From: a virus
Virus record (IMG/VR): IMGVR_UViG_3300035670_000038
Coordinates: 67,303-131,302 of that record
Reading direction: 5' to 3' (one strand)
DNA: 64,000 nucleotides
Positions 33,320-43,380 of this stretch are shown here, piece by piece. Within the stretch, counting starts at the first letter, position 1. The number at the start of each line of letters is the position of its first letter. The position numbers were made by a program, and so were the translations under genes. The notes under the pieces are model-generated. The model ran no database searches, was not told the DNA's origin, and was given only the letters and a program-made list of their open reading frames with translations.

Positions 33320-33847
33320 TTAAATCTTAAATAACTTAAACGCCAAAGACATTCGTAAGTCTTTTGTCCATTTGTTCGGTCCCATCCCACGATGCCAGAT
33401 GCGACCATCAAATATTACCGCTGTGTTGGTGAATGGATACACGTGATACATTTCCCCATCATCTTGTAAGAATTGCGTTTCACCACCATACTCATACACA
33501 TCAAGAGGATCTAATTCGGTCGGGTAATATAGGAACGTGTGTGCGTTTGGGTCGTTTTCATCCGTATGATATACACCATCTTGACCGAAGGATTGCCCAT
33601 TTCCATAAATACGTTCAGCGTTATATCTATTACCTGTTAATTCTTCAATTCTTTTTACTAGTCCTTGGAAAAACGGTTGTTTTTCTAACTCCCACAACGA
33701 CCAGCATAAAATACCCTTATCAGCTTCATGTGCTGCCCAGTTATCGAAACTCCACCCACGACCTTTCAAAATTCTAAGTATTTCTTGATGTTGCTCTGGT
33801 GTGAATACGTTGGTGAATTTTTTAAAATATTTGTTTCCGAAATTCAT
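33320..33847 (-). CDS. 2OG-Fe(II) oxygenase
   Basis: YHTD, TFLYY, GGET, FDGRIWHRG, RMSLAFK. Confidence 0.85.
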   Translation of the reverse strand: MNFGNKYFKKFTNVFTPEQHQEILRILKGRGWSFDNWAAHEADKGILCWSLWELEKQPFFQGLVKRIEELTGNRYNAERIYGNGQSFGQDGVYHTDENDPNAHTFLYYPTELDPLDVYEYGGETQFLQDDGEMYHVYPFTNTAVIFDGRIWHRGMGPNKWTKDLRMSLAFKLFKI

Positions 33848-33957
33848 AAAACCCTCGTAATAAAAACAATTTAGTACAAATTAATCAGTTACATTATAAA
33901 TGTCAAGTCCCTTCTATACTTATATATATCAACTAAAACACCTAATTGGAGATAGGT

Positions 33958-34779
33958 ATGTTACTCAAAGTCGGTTCGAAGGGTGATGATGTAAAGAAGT
34001 TACAAGAAAAACTCGGCTTGACCGCCGATGGTTCCTTTGGTCCTGGCACTGAGAAGGCTGTTAAAGAATGGCAAAGTAAGAATGGATTGACCGCCGATGG
34101 TGTTGTTGGTGAAGGTACTTGGGCAAAGATGTTTGGTGCAGTACCAGTTGCAGCAGCACCAGTACCCTCAGGTGGTCCTATGGACATTAGTAAGTTGAAG
34201 GGACACGTACCCGATGCAGTTATTGCACAACTTCCAGAGGTGATGGAAAAATTTCAAATCAATACTCCGGTTCGTATTGCTCACTTCCTTTCACAATGTG
34301 GACACGAATCTGGTAACTTCAAGGTCGTAAATGAAAACTTGAACTACGGCGCAAAGGGATTACTTGGATTGTTCAAGAAGTATTTCCCAACTGAAGCTAA
34401 GGCATTGGAATACGAACGTAAGCCAGAAAAGATTGCAAATCTCATCTATGGTGGTCGTATGGGTAATGGACCAGAGGCAAGTGGTGAAGGATATAAGTTC
34501 CGTGGCCGTGGATATATTCAACTCACAGGTAAGGACAACTATTCAGCATTTGATAAGGTTGTTGCCGAAGATATCGTTGCAAATCCAGACCTCGTAGCAA
34601 CCAAGTATCCATTATTATCAGCAGCATGGTACTGGAACTCTCGTAAGATTAACGCAGTATGTGACCAAGGTGCAACTGATGAAGTGGTCAAGAAGGTCAC
34701 CAAGTTGGTGAATGGTGGTGAAATTGGATTAGCAGATCGTCAAAAACATTTCAAGGAATTTCATTCACTCTTGGCATAA
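33958..34779 (+). CDS. endolysin: peptidoglycan-binding domain plus GH19 lysozyme/chitinase
   Basis: LKVGSKGDDVKKLQ..LG..ADG.FGP.T; AHFLSQCGHESG, ENLNY, FRGRGYIQLTGKDNY, VNGG. Confidence 0.92.
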   Translation: MLLKVGSKGDDVKKLQEKLGLTADGSFGPGTEKAVKEWQSKNGLTADGVVGEGTWAKMFGAVPVAAAPVPSGGPMDISKLKGHVPDAVIAQLPEVMEKFQINTPVRIAHFLSQCGHESGNFKVVNENLNYGAKGLLGLFKKYFPTEAKALEYERKPEKIANLIYGGRMGNGPEASGEGYKFRGRGYIQLTGKDNYSAFDKVVAEDIVANPDLVATKYPLLSAAWYWNSRKINAVCDQGATDEVVKKVTKLVNGGEIGLADRQKHFKEFHSLLA

Positions 34780-34841
34780 GTTTGATATTTATAATATTAG
34801 AAGGGTTCTTTATAAGGTCTATGTAATTTAATGGAGACTTT

Positions 34842-35330
34842 ATGAAGAACTCTTTTTATGCTGCGGCGTGGGGAGCATTTTGGTTATTGGCTGCCCCCGT
34901 GGACGCACAAGAAAAGTCCATCTTTGTTGAAAAGGTGACCAACTCAGTTGTAATCGGTCCTGTTGCTGGTAATCGTGGATTGGAATTTGGTGTCAAAAAT
35001 ATTCTTGAAGAATTTTTGTTAGAAAAAGAATATGACCTTGATCCAAAATCTACAACTAGATTACAAGTAGAAATTATCTTTTTAGATGTATTAACTACAA
35101 AAAAGAATGTCTCTGTGTTCCACTCGAACGCAGAAACGGTTGTGATTCGTATGCGTGGAACAATGGTTGTTAATGGTAAGAAGGGGAAACCCGTGGTTGT
35201 TGAGGAAAGCTCGTCAGAAATTTCCATGTCTACTTTGTTGATTGACGAAGGCGGCAAATTCAACCAAACAAGTCTCTCAAACGCCTTAAAAAAATCTTGT
35301 GAGAGCTTGATTAACAAACTATCGGAGTAA
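34842..35330 (+). CDS. secreted hypothetical protein
   Basis: Signal peptide; first gene of the envelope-protein cluster. Confidence 0.5.
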   Translation: MKNSFYAAAWGAFWLLAAPVDAQEKSIFVEKVTNSVVIGPVAGNRGLEFGVKNILEEFLLEKEYDLDPKSTTRLQVEIIFLDVLTTKKNVSVFHSNAETVVIRMRGTMVVNGKKGKPVVVEESSSEISMSTLLIDEGGKFNQTSLSNALKKSCESLINKLSE

Positions 35331-35331
35331 T

Positions 35332-37377
35332 ATGAAACACCTATTAGCAGCAGTACTTCTACTACTGCCAATTTTTCAAGTAGAAGCACAACCCGCCTTA
35401 TGGTGGGGAACTAACACCATCACCACCAATATGAATGGTGGTAACATTGTCAAGAATGATACAATTGTTATGGAAGTGAAGCTGAACCCCAACTTCTCAA
35501 CCATTCGTTCTGTATTCTTTGATTTCCAACATCAGAAAGATGCCATTCAATTATTAGATGTGCAACGTGGGGTGGGTATTCCTGCCAACGCAAGTTTCAG
35601 TTACACCAACAATTATTATCCTAATTGTAAATTTAACAGAAACGGTAACAACACCACGACAAATGGTTGGAACAATTATGTAAATGCCAATTACACTTGT
35701 AATAGCACCACCGTTCCATATCACGCCATTAATCGTATCATGGTGAACGTGTCTAGTGCAACTAACATGGAACACGCCACTTACATCAAGTTACGATTCA
35801 AAATCACCAATACTGACGCAGGGTTCCCATACGATTCAGTATACATGAACTTTGCCATCGGGTACGATGCAAACGGTGGTACAATGACGAACACAGAAAA
35901 CGTGGGTGCCAAGGGTGTATGGATTCAACTTGCACCAACTGCCAACAATCTTGTGGTGGGTGAAGTGAAACATAGTGCCAACACATCGGCAGCATTAAAG
36001 GCAACTATGCGTTTGTCCGTGACCGATACATCAACCCCACCTGTTGAAACAACTAATGCATTGGTCGGTGGTAATGGTGCCTTCAGTTTCGCACAACAAT
36101 TAACCACGAACACACCATATCGTTTTAGATTAGCCATCCCAGGTGATAGCATGGCACCATTAAGTTTGGCTGCTACAACTATTTCTGATTACACGATGGC
36201 GGTACAAGAATTCATCACACAAAATCTTGATAAGACATACGCAAACAACAACATCAACAAGGGCATGAAGTATTGGGCCGCTGATGTGAACAATAGTGGT
36301 GATTTCGAAGGTGGGGACTTACAAGTATTGTTTAATGCTGTAACAGGTCTTGATACTATTATGGTGGCACCAGCACAATGTGGAGCAGGATGTTACTATT
36401 CACTTCCTGTGTTTATGGGACATGAATATGATAATATGCCACTCACCAACTGGAATGGTGTCATCAATGGTAAGACCAGTATCATCACCCCAGGTCAAAC
36501 TGAATGGGTTGTAATGACACCAAATGGATATTCAGCAGGTCAAAGTAGATTGTTGATTGATATGAGACAATTTCCAAATGGTGTTACACCTGATGCCATC
36601 AAGGCAGTCACCATTCTTGATGTGTATAGTGGACCAGTCACCTTCATGTCAAATGATGGTGCATGGGCATTCTACAAAGTACCTTCCAATGTTGTGAAGG
36701 TAACTAACGGGTCATCAGCATATAACGGTAGTATCAGAAACATCAACAATCAAAACGTGGATTGGGCAATTGCATCTACTGTCAGTTTCACTGATAAAAA
36801 CTTTGGGTCAGTATTTGCACGTACCACAACAAGTGAACAAACATTAGACCTACGTTACGCCTTGAAGGGTGATGTCAACTTGTCTCACTCATCATTGGTT
36901 ACTGACCAACAAGGTGCAAGTATTATGATGGGCAACTTGGTGGTTCCAGATGGACGTAGTATTGATACCAAGTTAAGTAATGTTGTTGTAACTGGTGACA
37001 CCATCACCATTCCATTCAATATAGATACCAAGGGTATTGAATTGTCTGGATTACAATATGAATTAAAGTATGACCCAACAATGGTCAAGTTTGATAAGAT
37101 GTTTATTGATACGCCAAGTTGGGTATCATTCGTACACCCAATGCCAGACGGAACCATTCGTTTCGGTGCATTAGACAAAGATTTAAAGAACCCAGTAACA
37201 GGAGCAAATCTCACCCCATTCAAGTTACGTTTCGTAGCGGTGAAGGCTGGTGTAGACCTCAACACCTCTGTGGTTATGTCACAGGTTATGGATGCAGCAG
37301 ACAATAAGGGTAATCAGGTTGGCATTAACCTTTCCTCTACTGTAATCCGTTTGGTCGGTATCAGTAACTTCCGATAG
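35332..37377 (+). CDS. secreted protein with dockerin-like and cohesin-like domains
   Basis: Signal peptide; ADVNNSGDFEGGDL dockerin/EF-hand-like loop; C-terminal GDTITIPF...LSGLQYELKYDPTMVKF cohesin-like pattern. Confidence 0.6.
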   Translation: MKHLLAAVLLLLPIFQVEAQPALWWGTNTITTNMNGGNIVKNDTIVMEVKLNPNFSTIRSVFFDFQHQKDAIQLLDVQRGVGIPANASFSYTNNYYPNCKFNRNGNNTTTNGWNNYVNANYTCNSTTVPYHAINRIMVNVSSATNMEHATYIKLRFKITNTDAGFPYDSVYMNFAIGYDANGGTMTNTENVGAKGVWIQLAPTANNLVVGEVKHSANTSAALKATMRLSVTDTSTPPVETTNALVGGNGAFSFAQQLTTNTPYRFRLAIPGDSMAPLSLAATTISDYTMAVQEFITQNLDKTYANNNINKGMKYWAADVNNSGDFEGGDLQVLFNAVTGLDTIMVAPAQCGAGCYYSLPVFMGHEYDNMPLTNWNGVINGKTSIITPGQTEWVVMTPNGYSAGQSRLLIDMRQFPNGVTPDAIKAVTILDVYSGPVTFMSNDGAWAFYKVPSNVVKVTNGSSAYNGSIRNINNQNVDWAIASTVSFTDKNFGSVFARTTTSEQTLDLRYALKGDVNLSHSSLVTDQQGASIMMGNLVVPDGRSIDTKLSNVVVTGDTITIPFNIDTKGIELSGLQYELKYDPTMVKFDKMFIDTPSWVSFVHPMPDGTIRFGALDKDLKNPVTGANLTPFKLRFVAVKAGVDLNTSVVMSQVMDAADNKGNQVGINLSSTVIRLVGISNFR

Positions 37378-38169
37378 GAGTAATATGAAAAACTATTTAC
37401 GATATGGGATTATCTCCCTTCTAGTAATTGGTTGCTACGATAACAATATTTTGAGTCCAGATATGAGTAAACCACTTGATTTGGGGGTTGAATCAAAATC
37501 AACACTATTCAGAACACAACGAGTTGTAACAACAGATGGTCGTGCAACAGTATTAATGGAAGTTACACCAGGTGCATTATATAGTTTACAACTTACTGGT
37601 ATTGATGGCAAGATTCTCGCAGTACAAGGATTTACCGCAGAACGTGTCAGTACCCAAGTGGAACTTGATTATACAAAGATTAAAAATGGTTCTTATGACT
37701 TAAACCTACTGGATGTCTCTGGCAATATTGTCAAGATTCCAGTAATCATCAACAAACAATAGGAGAACGTTATGTCAGAAGAAAGTTCAGGTGGTGGATT
37801 AAAGAACGCAATCATTGGTTTAGTAACCATTATTGTGACCGCAATCGCAGGTGTTATTGGTAAAAATATTATGGGTGGTGACGAAGCAGCAACAACACCG
37901 CCACCAGCCGCAGCACCAGTAATCAACCTCAATGTTGAAAACAACAACTCTGTAAAGGGTGGTTCAGGCGGTGCAGCAGCACCAGCCCCAGCACCAAAGA
38001 AGAAGGATGATTGGACGAAAGAAGAACCAAAGTGGTAATCGTTTATGACTCCAGAGCAAGTTAAAGATTACGGTGAACGAGTAGAACAGATGGCAAAAAA
38101 AGAACCTGCTTATCCAGGTTGGGGTTTCTTTTATTATGAATCGGTCTATAACAAGGAGCAAACAGAATT

Positions 38170-38580
38170 ATGCGAAACGAAGAAGAAATTACAACATTTG
38201 ATGCGACTGAAGCATCGGTACTAGACGAAACCCCAATAGAGGAAACCTCAATGACTACATCAGAAGAAACAAAACCAGTATCACAAGAAAGTAAGTTCCA
38301 AGAAATGTTATTTAAGATGATGGCTCGTCGTTGGAATATCACCGCAATCGTTCTTGTCACATTTATGATGATTGTTGCTGGTATCACCATGGCAGTATAT
38401 AATCAAACCGCTATTGACGGTGAATGGAAGGAATTACTTCTTCTTATGTTAGGTGCCTTTATTGGTTCTTATGGTAAGATTATTGACTACTGGTTCTCAG
38501 ATACCGATAAGGACAAGATGTTAGTACAAAAGATGGATGAAGAAGATGGTCAATCCTTCTCAAACACACTAGGAGGTTAA
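38170..38580 (+). CDS. membrane protein (two TM segments)
   Basis: Two hydrophobic helices; WKELLLLMLGAFIGSYGKIIDYWF. Confidence 0.55.
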   Translation: MRNEEEITTFDATEASVLDETPIEETSMTTSEETKPVSQESKFQEMLFKMMARRWNITAIVLVTFMMIVAGITMAVYNQTAIDGEWKELLLLMLGAFIGSYGKIIDYWFSDTDKDKMLVQKMDEEDGQSFSNTLGG

Positions 38581-38843
38581 TATGGATGCAAAGAAAATTC
38601 AACAAGGATTATTAACAAAGTTTGGTCAAATATTTCAAGATAATAATCATTACAATGAAAAAACTATTATTGGATTTATGTCATTTGCAGTAATGACTCT
38701 TTATTCATTAGTAGATTTGATTACTGGTATTTACGGCATTCCTCTTGAAATTCACGAATTCGTGTATGAATCATTTATGATTATCACATTGGGTTCATTC
38801 GGTATCGCAGGATTGGAAAAATTCTCACCAACATCAGTGAAGC

Positions 38844-39578
38844 GTGCAGAACAATCTGGTGAAGAAGATGCGTAAACTATTAACATTACTATTCATTCCA
38901 AGTATCTTATCTGCCCAAGTCGTAGGTAAGACACAAACCGAACAATACCGTGCATCATTTGAACAAAAGAGTGATTGGGAAGCATTGATGGATTATGATG
39001 GTCCAACCATCCCTATTCAAATCTTATCATTGGGTATCGGTGAAGAAGTATATGCGATGTACCCAGAACTCAAAGATAATCGTGTTGGATTGGGTGTCAC
39101 CAACATTGTTATTGAATTCTTGGAAGAAACTAATCGTTTTACCTTCACAGAAGATAAGACAGAAATCAAGAATCGTATGGTAAAGCAGTTTCAAGCATCA
39201 CAATCAGGTATTACTGCTAACAAATTAGATGGTCGTGGTAAGATTATGTTGGCACGATATTTCGTATATATCGAAGTATACGATTATTCTGTAAGTGAAG
39301 ATGAAACTATCAATATGAAGGATGGAGTCAAGAATACGGTAGTGACTCGTCTAGGTTTACAAGTTCGTTTCGTAGACGCAGAAACAGGTCAATTCTTCAC
39401 TGGTTCGGGATTAGGTGAAGCCAAGACTGTTCGTGAATTGACCCTTATGAATGATGACAACTTTGGTGAAGTGAAATTCAATCAAAGTACCATCGGTACA
39501 TCAACCAAGAAGGCATTGGAAGATGCAGCAGCAAAGATTGTTACCCGTATGATTAAACGAGAAATATTTAAATCATAA
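38844..39578 (+). CDS. CsgG/HfaB-family curli-secretion-like protein
   Basis: GLGVTNIVIEFLEETNRF, ARYFVYIEVYDYS, LGLQVRFVDAETGQ. The start is probably 38868, with a signal peptide. Confidence 0.65.
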   Translation: MQNNLVKKMRKLLTLLFIPSILSAQVVGKTQTEQYRASFEQKSDWEALMDYDGPTIPIQILSLGIGEEVYAMYPELKDNRVGLGVTNIVIEFLEETNRFTFTEDKTEIKNRMVKQFQASQSGITANKLDGRGKIMLARYFVYIEVYDYSVSEDETINMKDGVKNTVVTRLGLQVRFVDAETGQFFTGSGLGEAKTVRELTLMNDDNFGEVKFNQSTIGTSTKKALEDAAAKIVTRMIKREIFKS

Positions 39579-40978
39579 TGAAATATATAAAAACCGCAGT
39601 AATACTACTACTGTTTACAGCAACAAGTTGTGGAAAAGCACAATCTGTAGTACAGACTTGGGTTGACCCATGCACAAACACAGTTCAGTCTGCCACGTTT
39701 CCTATTAATGGTCCTGGTGTGATGATTATGTATCGTGGTCAATCCAAAGTTTTTACTGCACAACAAGCACAAGCGGGTGAAGTATTGGCGTGGATTAATC
39801 AAATTACAGTAAATGTTCCGTGTCCAGTAACCAGTAATCCCGTAGTCACCCAAGCAGCGACACAGGCGGCTACACAAGCAGCAACTCAAGCCGCATCTGC
39901 GGCAGCAAGTGCAGCAGCATCGTCTGCTGCATCTTCGGCAGCATCAAGTGCGGCATCATCAGCAGCAAGTAGTGCAGCATCAAGTGCCGCAGGTAGTGCA
40001 GCAACATCCGCAGCAACATCAGCAGCTCCACCACCATCGGCACCTGCCGCTCCTGCGGCACCTGCACCATCATCAAGTAGTTCATCTACTCCTGCTCCAA
40101 GTAGTTCGTCATCGGAACCAGCACCAAGTAGTTCTGGTGGGGGTGGTGGAGAATCTAAACCAACAGAAACTAAAACTGAATCGTCCTCATCAGAAACAAA
40201 ATCAGAATCTTCTTCGGAATCTAAATCAGAATCCAAGTCAGAAGAAAGTAAGTCGGAATCTAAATCTGAAGAAAAATCTGAAGAAAAGAAAGAAGAGAAA
40301 AAGGAAGAAAAGAAGAAAAGTGAAGCACGAGTTAATCCGTTAATGGTGGCATCGGATTTAACCACGGGTCAAAACCCCGATGGTAGCTTGTCAGCCTTAT
40401 TTACCACGGGCGTATCACAATCATCACTAGCGGGTGATAAGAGTTATGGTGCAACAGCAATCGTATGGTTGACGTTTGACCAAGGTGCAATAAGTGCAAA
40501 CTATTCCAAGATGAAGTTTGATAAAGGAAAGTTAAAGTACATTGTGTCATACGCAAATACTGCGGCATATCTCAAAGGTACGTGGATGAATATGTCGGGT
40601 GCTACGATTGTTAAACCAGACCCAAAGTGGGGTGTAATGGGTATTAGTGCAAACGTGATTTTGTTAGCAATTCCAGCGGACTCTGGTAAGAGAAATGTAA
40701 GTTACGCTACCTCGGTCGCTGGATTCTGGATGCACAACCCAATACAAATAAATGAACGTGCCACGTTATCTCCACAAATATTTATTATGGGAGCACCCGT
40801 ATCCTATAATGATTTCACCAAATTCACATTTAATAAAGAATTAAGTGCGATGGTTGGTAATTCAGTAGATTATAAAATTACCAAACGATTTGGTATGACG
40901 GGAGCGCATCGTGTAATGATACCATCAACGGGTAAACCGATGCATTTTATATTAGTAGGTTCACGAGTTACTTTATAG
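39578..40978 (+). CDS. exported protein with long Ala/Ser and Ser/Glu/Lys low-complexity stalk and C-terminal beta-barrel-like region
   Basis: (AATQ)n, (AASS)n, (SESK)n and (EEKK)n repeats; amphipathic beta C-terminus. Confidence 0.6.
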   Translation: MKYIKTAVILLLFTATSCGKAQSVVQTWVDPCTNTVQSATFPINGPGVMIMYRGQSKVFTAQQAQAGEVLAWINQITVNVPCPVTSNPVVTQAATQAATQAATQAASAAASAAASSAASSAASSAASSAASSAASSAAGSAATSAATSAAPPPSAPAAPAAPAPSSSSSSTPAPSSSSSEPAPSSSGGGGGESKPTETKTESSSSETKSESSSESKSESKSEESKSESKSEEKSEEKKEEKKEEKKKSEARVNPLMVASDLTTGQNPDGSLSALFTTGVSQSSLAGDKSYGATAIVWLTFDQGAISANYSKMKFDKGKLKYIVSYANTAAYLKGTWMNMSGATIVKPDPKWGVMGISANVILLAIPADSGKRNVSYATSVAGFWMHNPIQINERATLSPQIFIMGAPVSYNDFTKFTFNKELSAMVGNSVDYKITKRFGMTGAHRVMIPSTGKPMHFILVGSRVTL

Positions 40979-40986
40979 GATTATTT

Positions 40987-41769
40987 ATGATTAAAAATTT
41001 AAGTTTTGCAGAACAAAGCGCTTTCTTTGCACGGTTGAGTAATCTTGCATATCAAGAACCAAAAGAAGCACAAAAATCATTTAAAAAAGCTGGATTTAAA
41101 GACATCGTATATTATGGAAATGATGGTAGTAATGCATATGTTGTCGAGAGTGATACAGATGTTGTAATAGTATGCCGTGGTACAGAAGTAAAAGAATGGA
41201 GTGATATTAGAGCTGACCTAAGTATTGCATTAGCTCCATCACGTACTGGTATCGGTAGAGTACATCGTGGGTTTAGAACCTATACCGATAAAATTTGGGA
41301 ACCAATCAAAGGTCATATAGCAAACGTTAAAGGTAAAGAATTGTGGATAACAGGTCATAGTTTAGGTGCAGCTATGGCAACATTGATGGCACGTAGATGT
41401 GTATTAGATGTTTCTTTACGAGTTCCACAAGCATTATTTACATATGGTAGTCCACGTGTAGGTGATAGAGATTATATTAATGAATTTAATGGTCAAGTCA
41501 TACATCATCGTTGGGTTAATGATGGTGACATTGTAACCAAAGTTCCATTTGCTCCACTTTACTATCATTGCGGTACCATGCATCATATTGCTGGTAATGG
41601 TAAGATAGTAGTTGAGTACGATAGAAAAATTAGTTGGACTCGTATTTTATCTCTACTATTACCACACGGAATTTTTAAGTTGATTGCAGGTGATGCAAAA
41701 GATCACTCATCACAGTTTTACACAGAGAAATTAACTTTCTGGGCACTGAACGATGTTTCTAACGTCTAA
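40987..41769 (+). CDS. class 3 lipase
   Basis: CRGT, VHRGF, ITGHSLGAAMA, TYGSPRVG, DIVTKVP, DH. Confidence 0.92.
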   Translation: MIKNLSFAEQSAFFARLSNLAYQEPKEAQKSFKKAGFKDIVYYGNDGSNAYVVESDTDVVIVCRGTEVKEWSDIRADLSIALAPSRTGIGRVHRGFRTYTDKIWEPIKGHIANVKGKELWITGHSLGAAMATLMARRCVLDVSLRVPQALFTYGSPRVGDRDYINEFNGQVIHHRWVNDGDIVTKVPFAPLYYHCGTMHHIAGNGKIVVEYDRKISWTRILSLLLPHGIFKLIAGDAKDHSSQFYTEKLTFWALNDVSNV

Positions 41770-41844
41770 TAAAATTTAATAATATTTATTTAAAGTGGGG
41801 GTTGACAAAATCAATCCCCACTTTATATTTTTAAGGAGGTGTGT

Positions 41845-42348
41845 ATGATTAAAACTTTACTATTGGTTTTGGCATTACAAGCACCAAAAATCACGAAACT
41901 CCCATTACCCGCAAAGACGATACGAGACACTACAAGAAACTTTATCGTAATACATAATGATGGAGCGAATATGAGTGCGGTCAATACACGCAACGTATTA
42001 CGTAGACGAAGGTTGGCATATCATTATTTTATTGACAGAAGTGGAAGGATATATCAATTTGTAGATCCGAAATATGTCGCAAAACACGCAGGTGTGTCAC
42101 TTCACGATGGAATGATGAGTTGGAATGATTTTAGTATTGGTATTTGTTTACAAGGAATGAACGGGTTAACATACTCCGATAAACAATATGAAAGTTTACA
42201 AATGATGGTTGACCATTTGAAGCAACGATATAGAAATATTGGTCACCAACTATACACACATTCAGAAGTTGCGTTTCCTTGGGGACGTAAGAAAGACCCT
42301 GGTGACACGTTTGATATAACACGAATTAGAATAGATACACTTATTTAG
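41845..42348 (+). CDS. N-acetylmuramoyl-L-alanine amidase (Amidase_2)
   Basis: IVIH, YHYFIDRSGRIYQ, AKHAG, SIGICL, HSEV, KKDPG. Confidence 0.88.
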   Translation: MIKTLLLVLALQAPKITKLPLPAKTIRDTTRNFIVIHNDGANMSAVNTRNVLRRRRLAYHYFIDRSGRIYQFVDPKYVAKHAGVSLHDGMMSWNDFSIGICLQGMNGLTYSDKQYESLQMMVDHLKQRYRNIGHQLYTHSEVAFPWGRKKDPGDTFDITRIRIDTLI

Positions 42349-42357
42349 ATAAGGATA

Positions 42358-43380
42358 ATGGTTATGATTATTTACGCCGATGTTATTGTAGATTTACAAG
42401 CGGGTGATACTGGAAAGGGTAAGGTAGCTCACGCTATTGCCAAAGACTACGACCTCGTAGTTCGGTATAACGGTGGAGCAAACGCCGGTCATACTGTATA
42501 TCACGATGGTAAAAAGGTTGTAACTCACCTTGTTCCTATCGGTGTATTGTTTGGTATACCAAGTGTTATTGGTTTGGGTTGTGTAGTAAACATCAAGAAG
42601 TTAGAACAAGAAATTAAAGATTTAAATGACGCGGGATTCAATACCGATGGGTTAATCTTTGTTGATGAACGTGCACATTTAGTACAAGATAAGCACATCG
42701 AAGAAGATAGTACAGAAAGTAAAATTGGAACTACCCGTCAAGGAATTGGTCCAGCGTATCGTGATAAGTATAACCGTACTGGTGTTCGTATGAAGGACTT
42801 AGGTATTCAACCTTCTCCGTTGTTCTCGGTTATTGATACTTACGAGTTGTTTCATAATAGAGGAAACGATTGGCGGGTTCTTTGTGAGGGTGCACAAGGA
42901 TTCCAGATTGATATTGATTGGGGTGACTATCCATATGTCACCAGTTCACACTGCACAGTTGGGTCGGCAATCTTGAATGGTATTCCACCAAAAAAGATTG
43001 ATACGATATTTGGAATTATGAAGGCGTACGAAACCTATTCGGGGTTCAAGACTACTTTTCAAGATGAATCTGACCCTGACCTCGAAAAAATCCAAGAAGC
43101 GGGTGGTGAGTTCGGAGCCACTACTGGACGTAAGCGGAAGGTTCGGTGGTTAAATCTTGATGGGGTTATTAAAGCTATTAACATCAACGGGGTCACGAAC
43201 CTTATCATTAATAAAGCAGATATATTACAAGAAGTAAATGTATTTAAATATGTCTATCAAGATGTCTTATATGAATGTTCTTCATTAGATGAGTTTATGA
43301 GTGAAATAAACGATATCATATATGAAGATACTTCATCAATATTTGATATTACTTGGTCAATGACGCCTAACGGAATTTAA
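42358..43380 (+). CDS. purA: adenylosuccinate synthetase (short form)
   Basis: GDTGKGK, GGANAGHT, IGTTRQGIGPAY, EGAQG, YPYVTSS, GATTGRKR, NKAD. Confidence 0.9.
   Translation: MVMIIYADVIVDLQAGDTGKGKVAHAIAKDYDLVVRYNGGANAGHTVYHDGKKVVTHLVPIGVLFGIPSVIGLGCVVNIKKLEQEIKDLNDAGFNTDGLIFVDERAHLVQDKHIEEDSTESKIGTTRQGIGPAYRDKYNRTGVRMKDLGIQPSPLFSVIDTYELFHNRGNDWRVLCEGAQGFQIDIDWGDYPYVTSSHCTVGSAILNGIPPKKIDTIFGIMKAYETYSGFKTTFQDESDPDLEKIQEAGGEFGATTGRKRKVRWLNLDGVIKAININGVTNLIINKADILQEVNVFKYVYQDVLYECSSLDEFMSEINDIIYEDTSSIFDITWSMTPNGI

Noticed and set aside
39850-40320. Tandem-repeat DNA element
   Set aside because: The repeats vary at synonymous positions and reflect the Ala/Ser/Glu/Lys protein stalk.
4417-40365. 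Long antisense/alternate-frame ORFs (e.g. 4417-5088, 7242-7859, 12246-12809, 22298-22852, 39886-40365)
   Set aside because: They are shadows of well-supported genes, caused by codon bias or low complexity, and have no RBS or recognisable motifs.
42358-43380. Possible PurZ (2-aminoadenine DNA pathway)
   Set aside because: It keeps the PurA catalytic Asp (GDTGKGK rather than GSTGKG), the TTGRKR loop and the GTP-type NKAD motif, so it is PurA-like.
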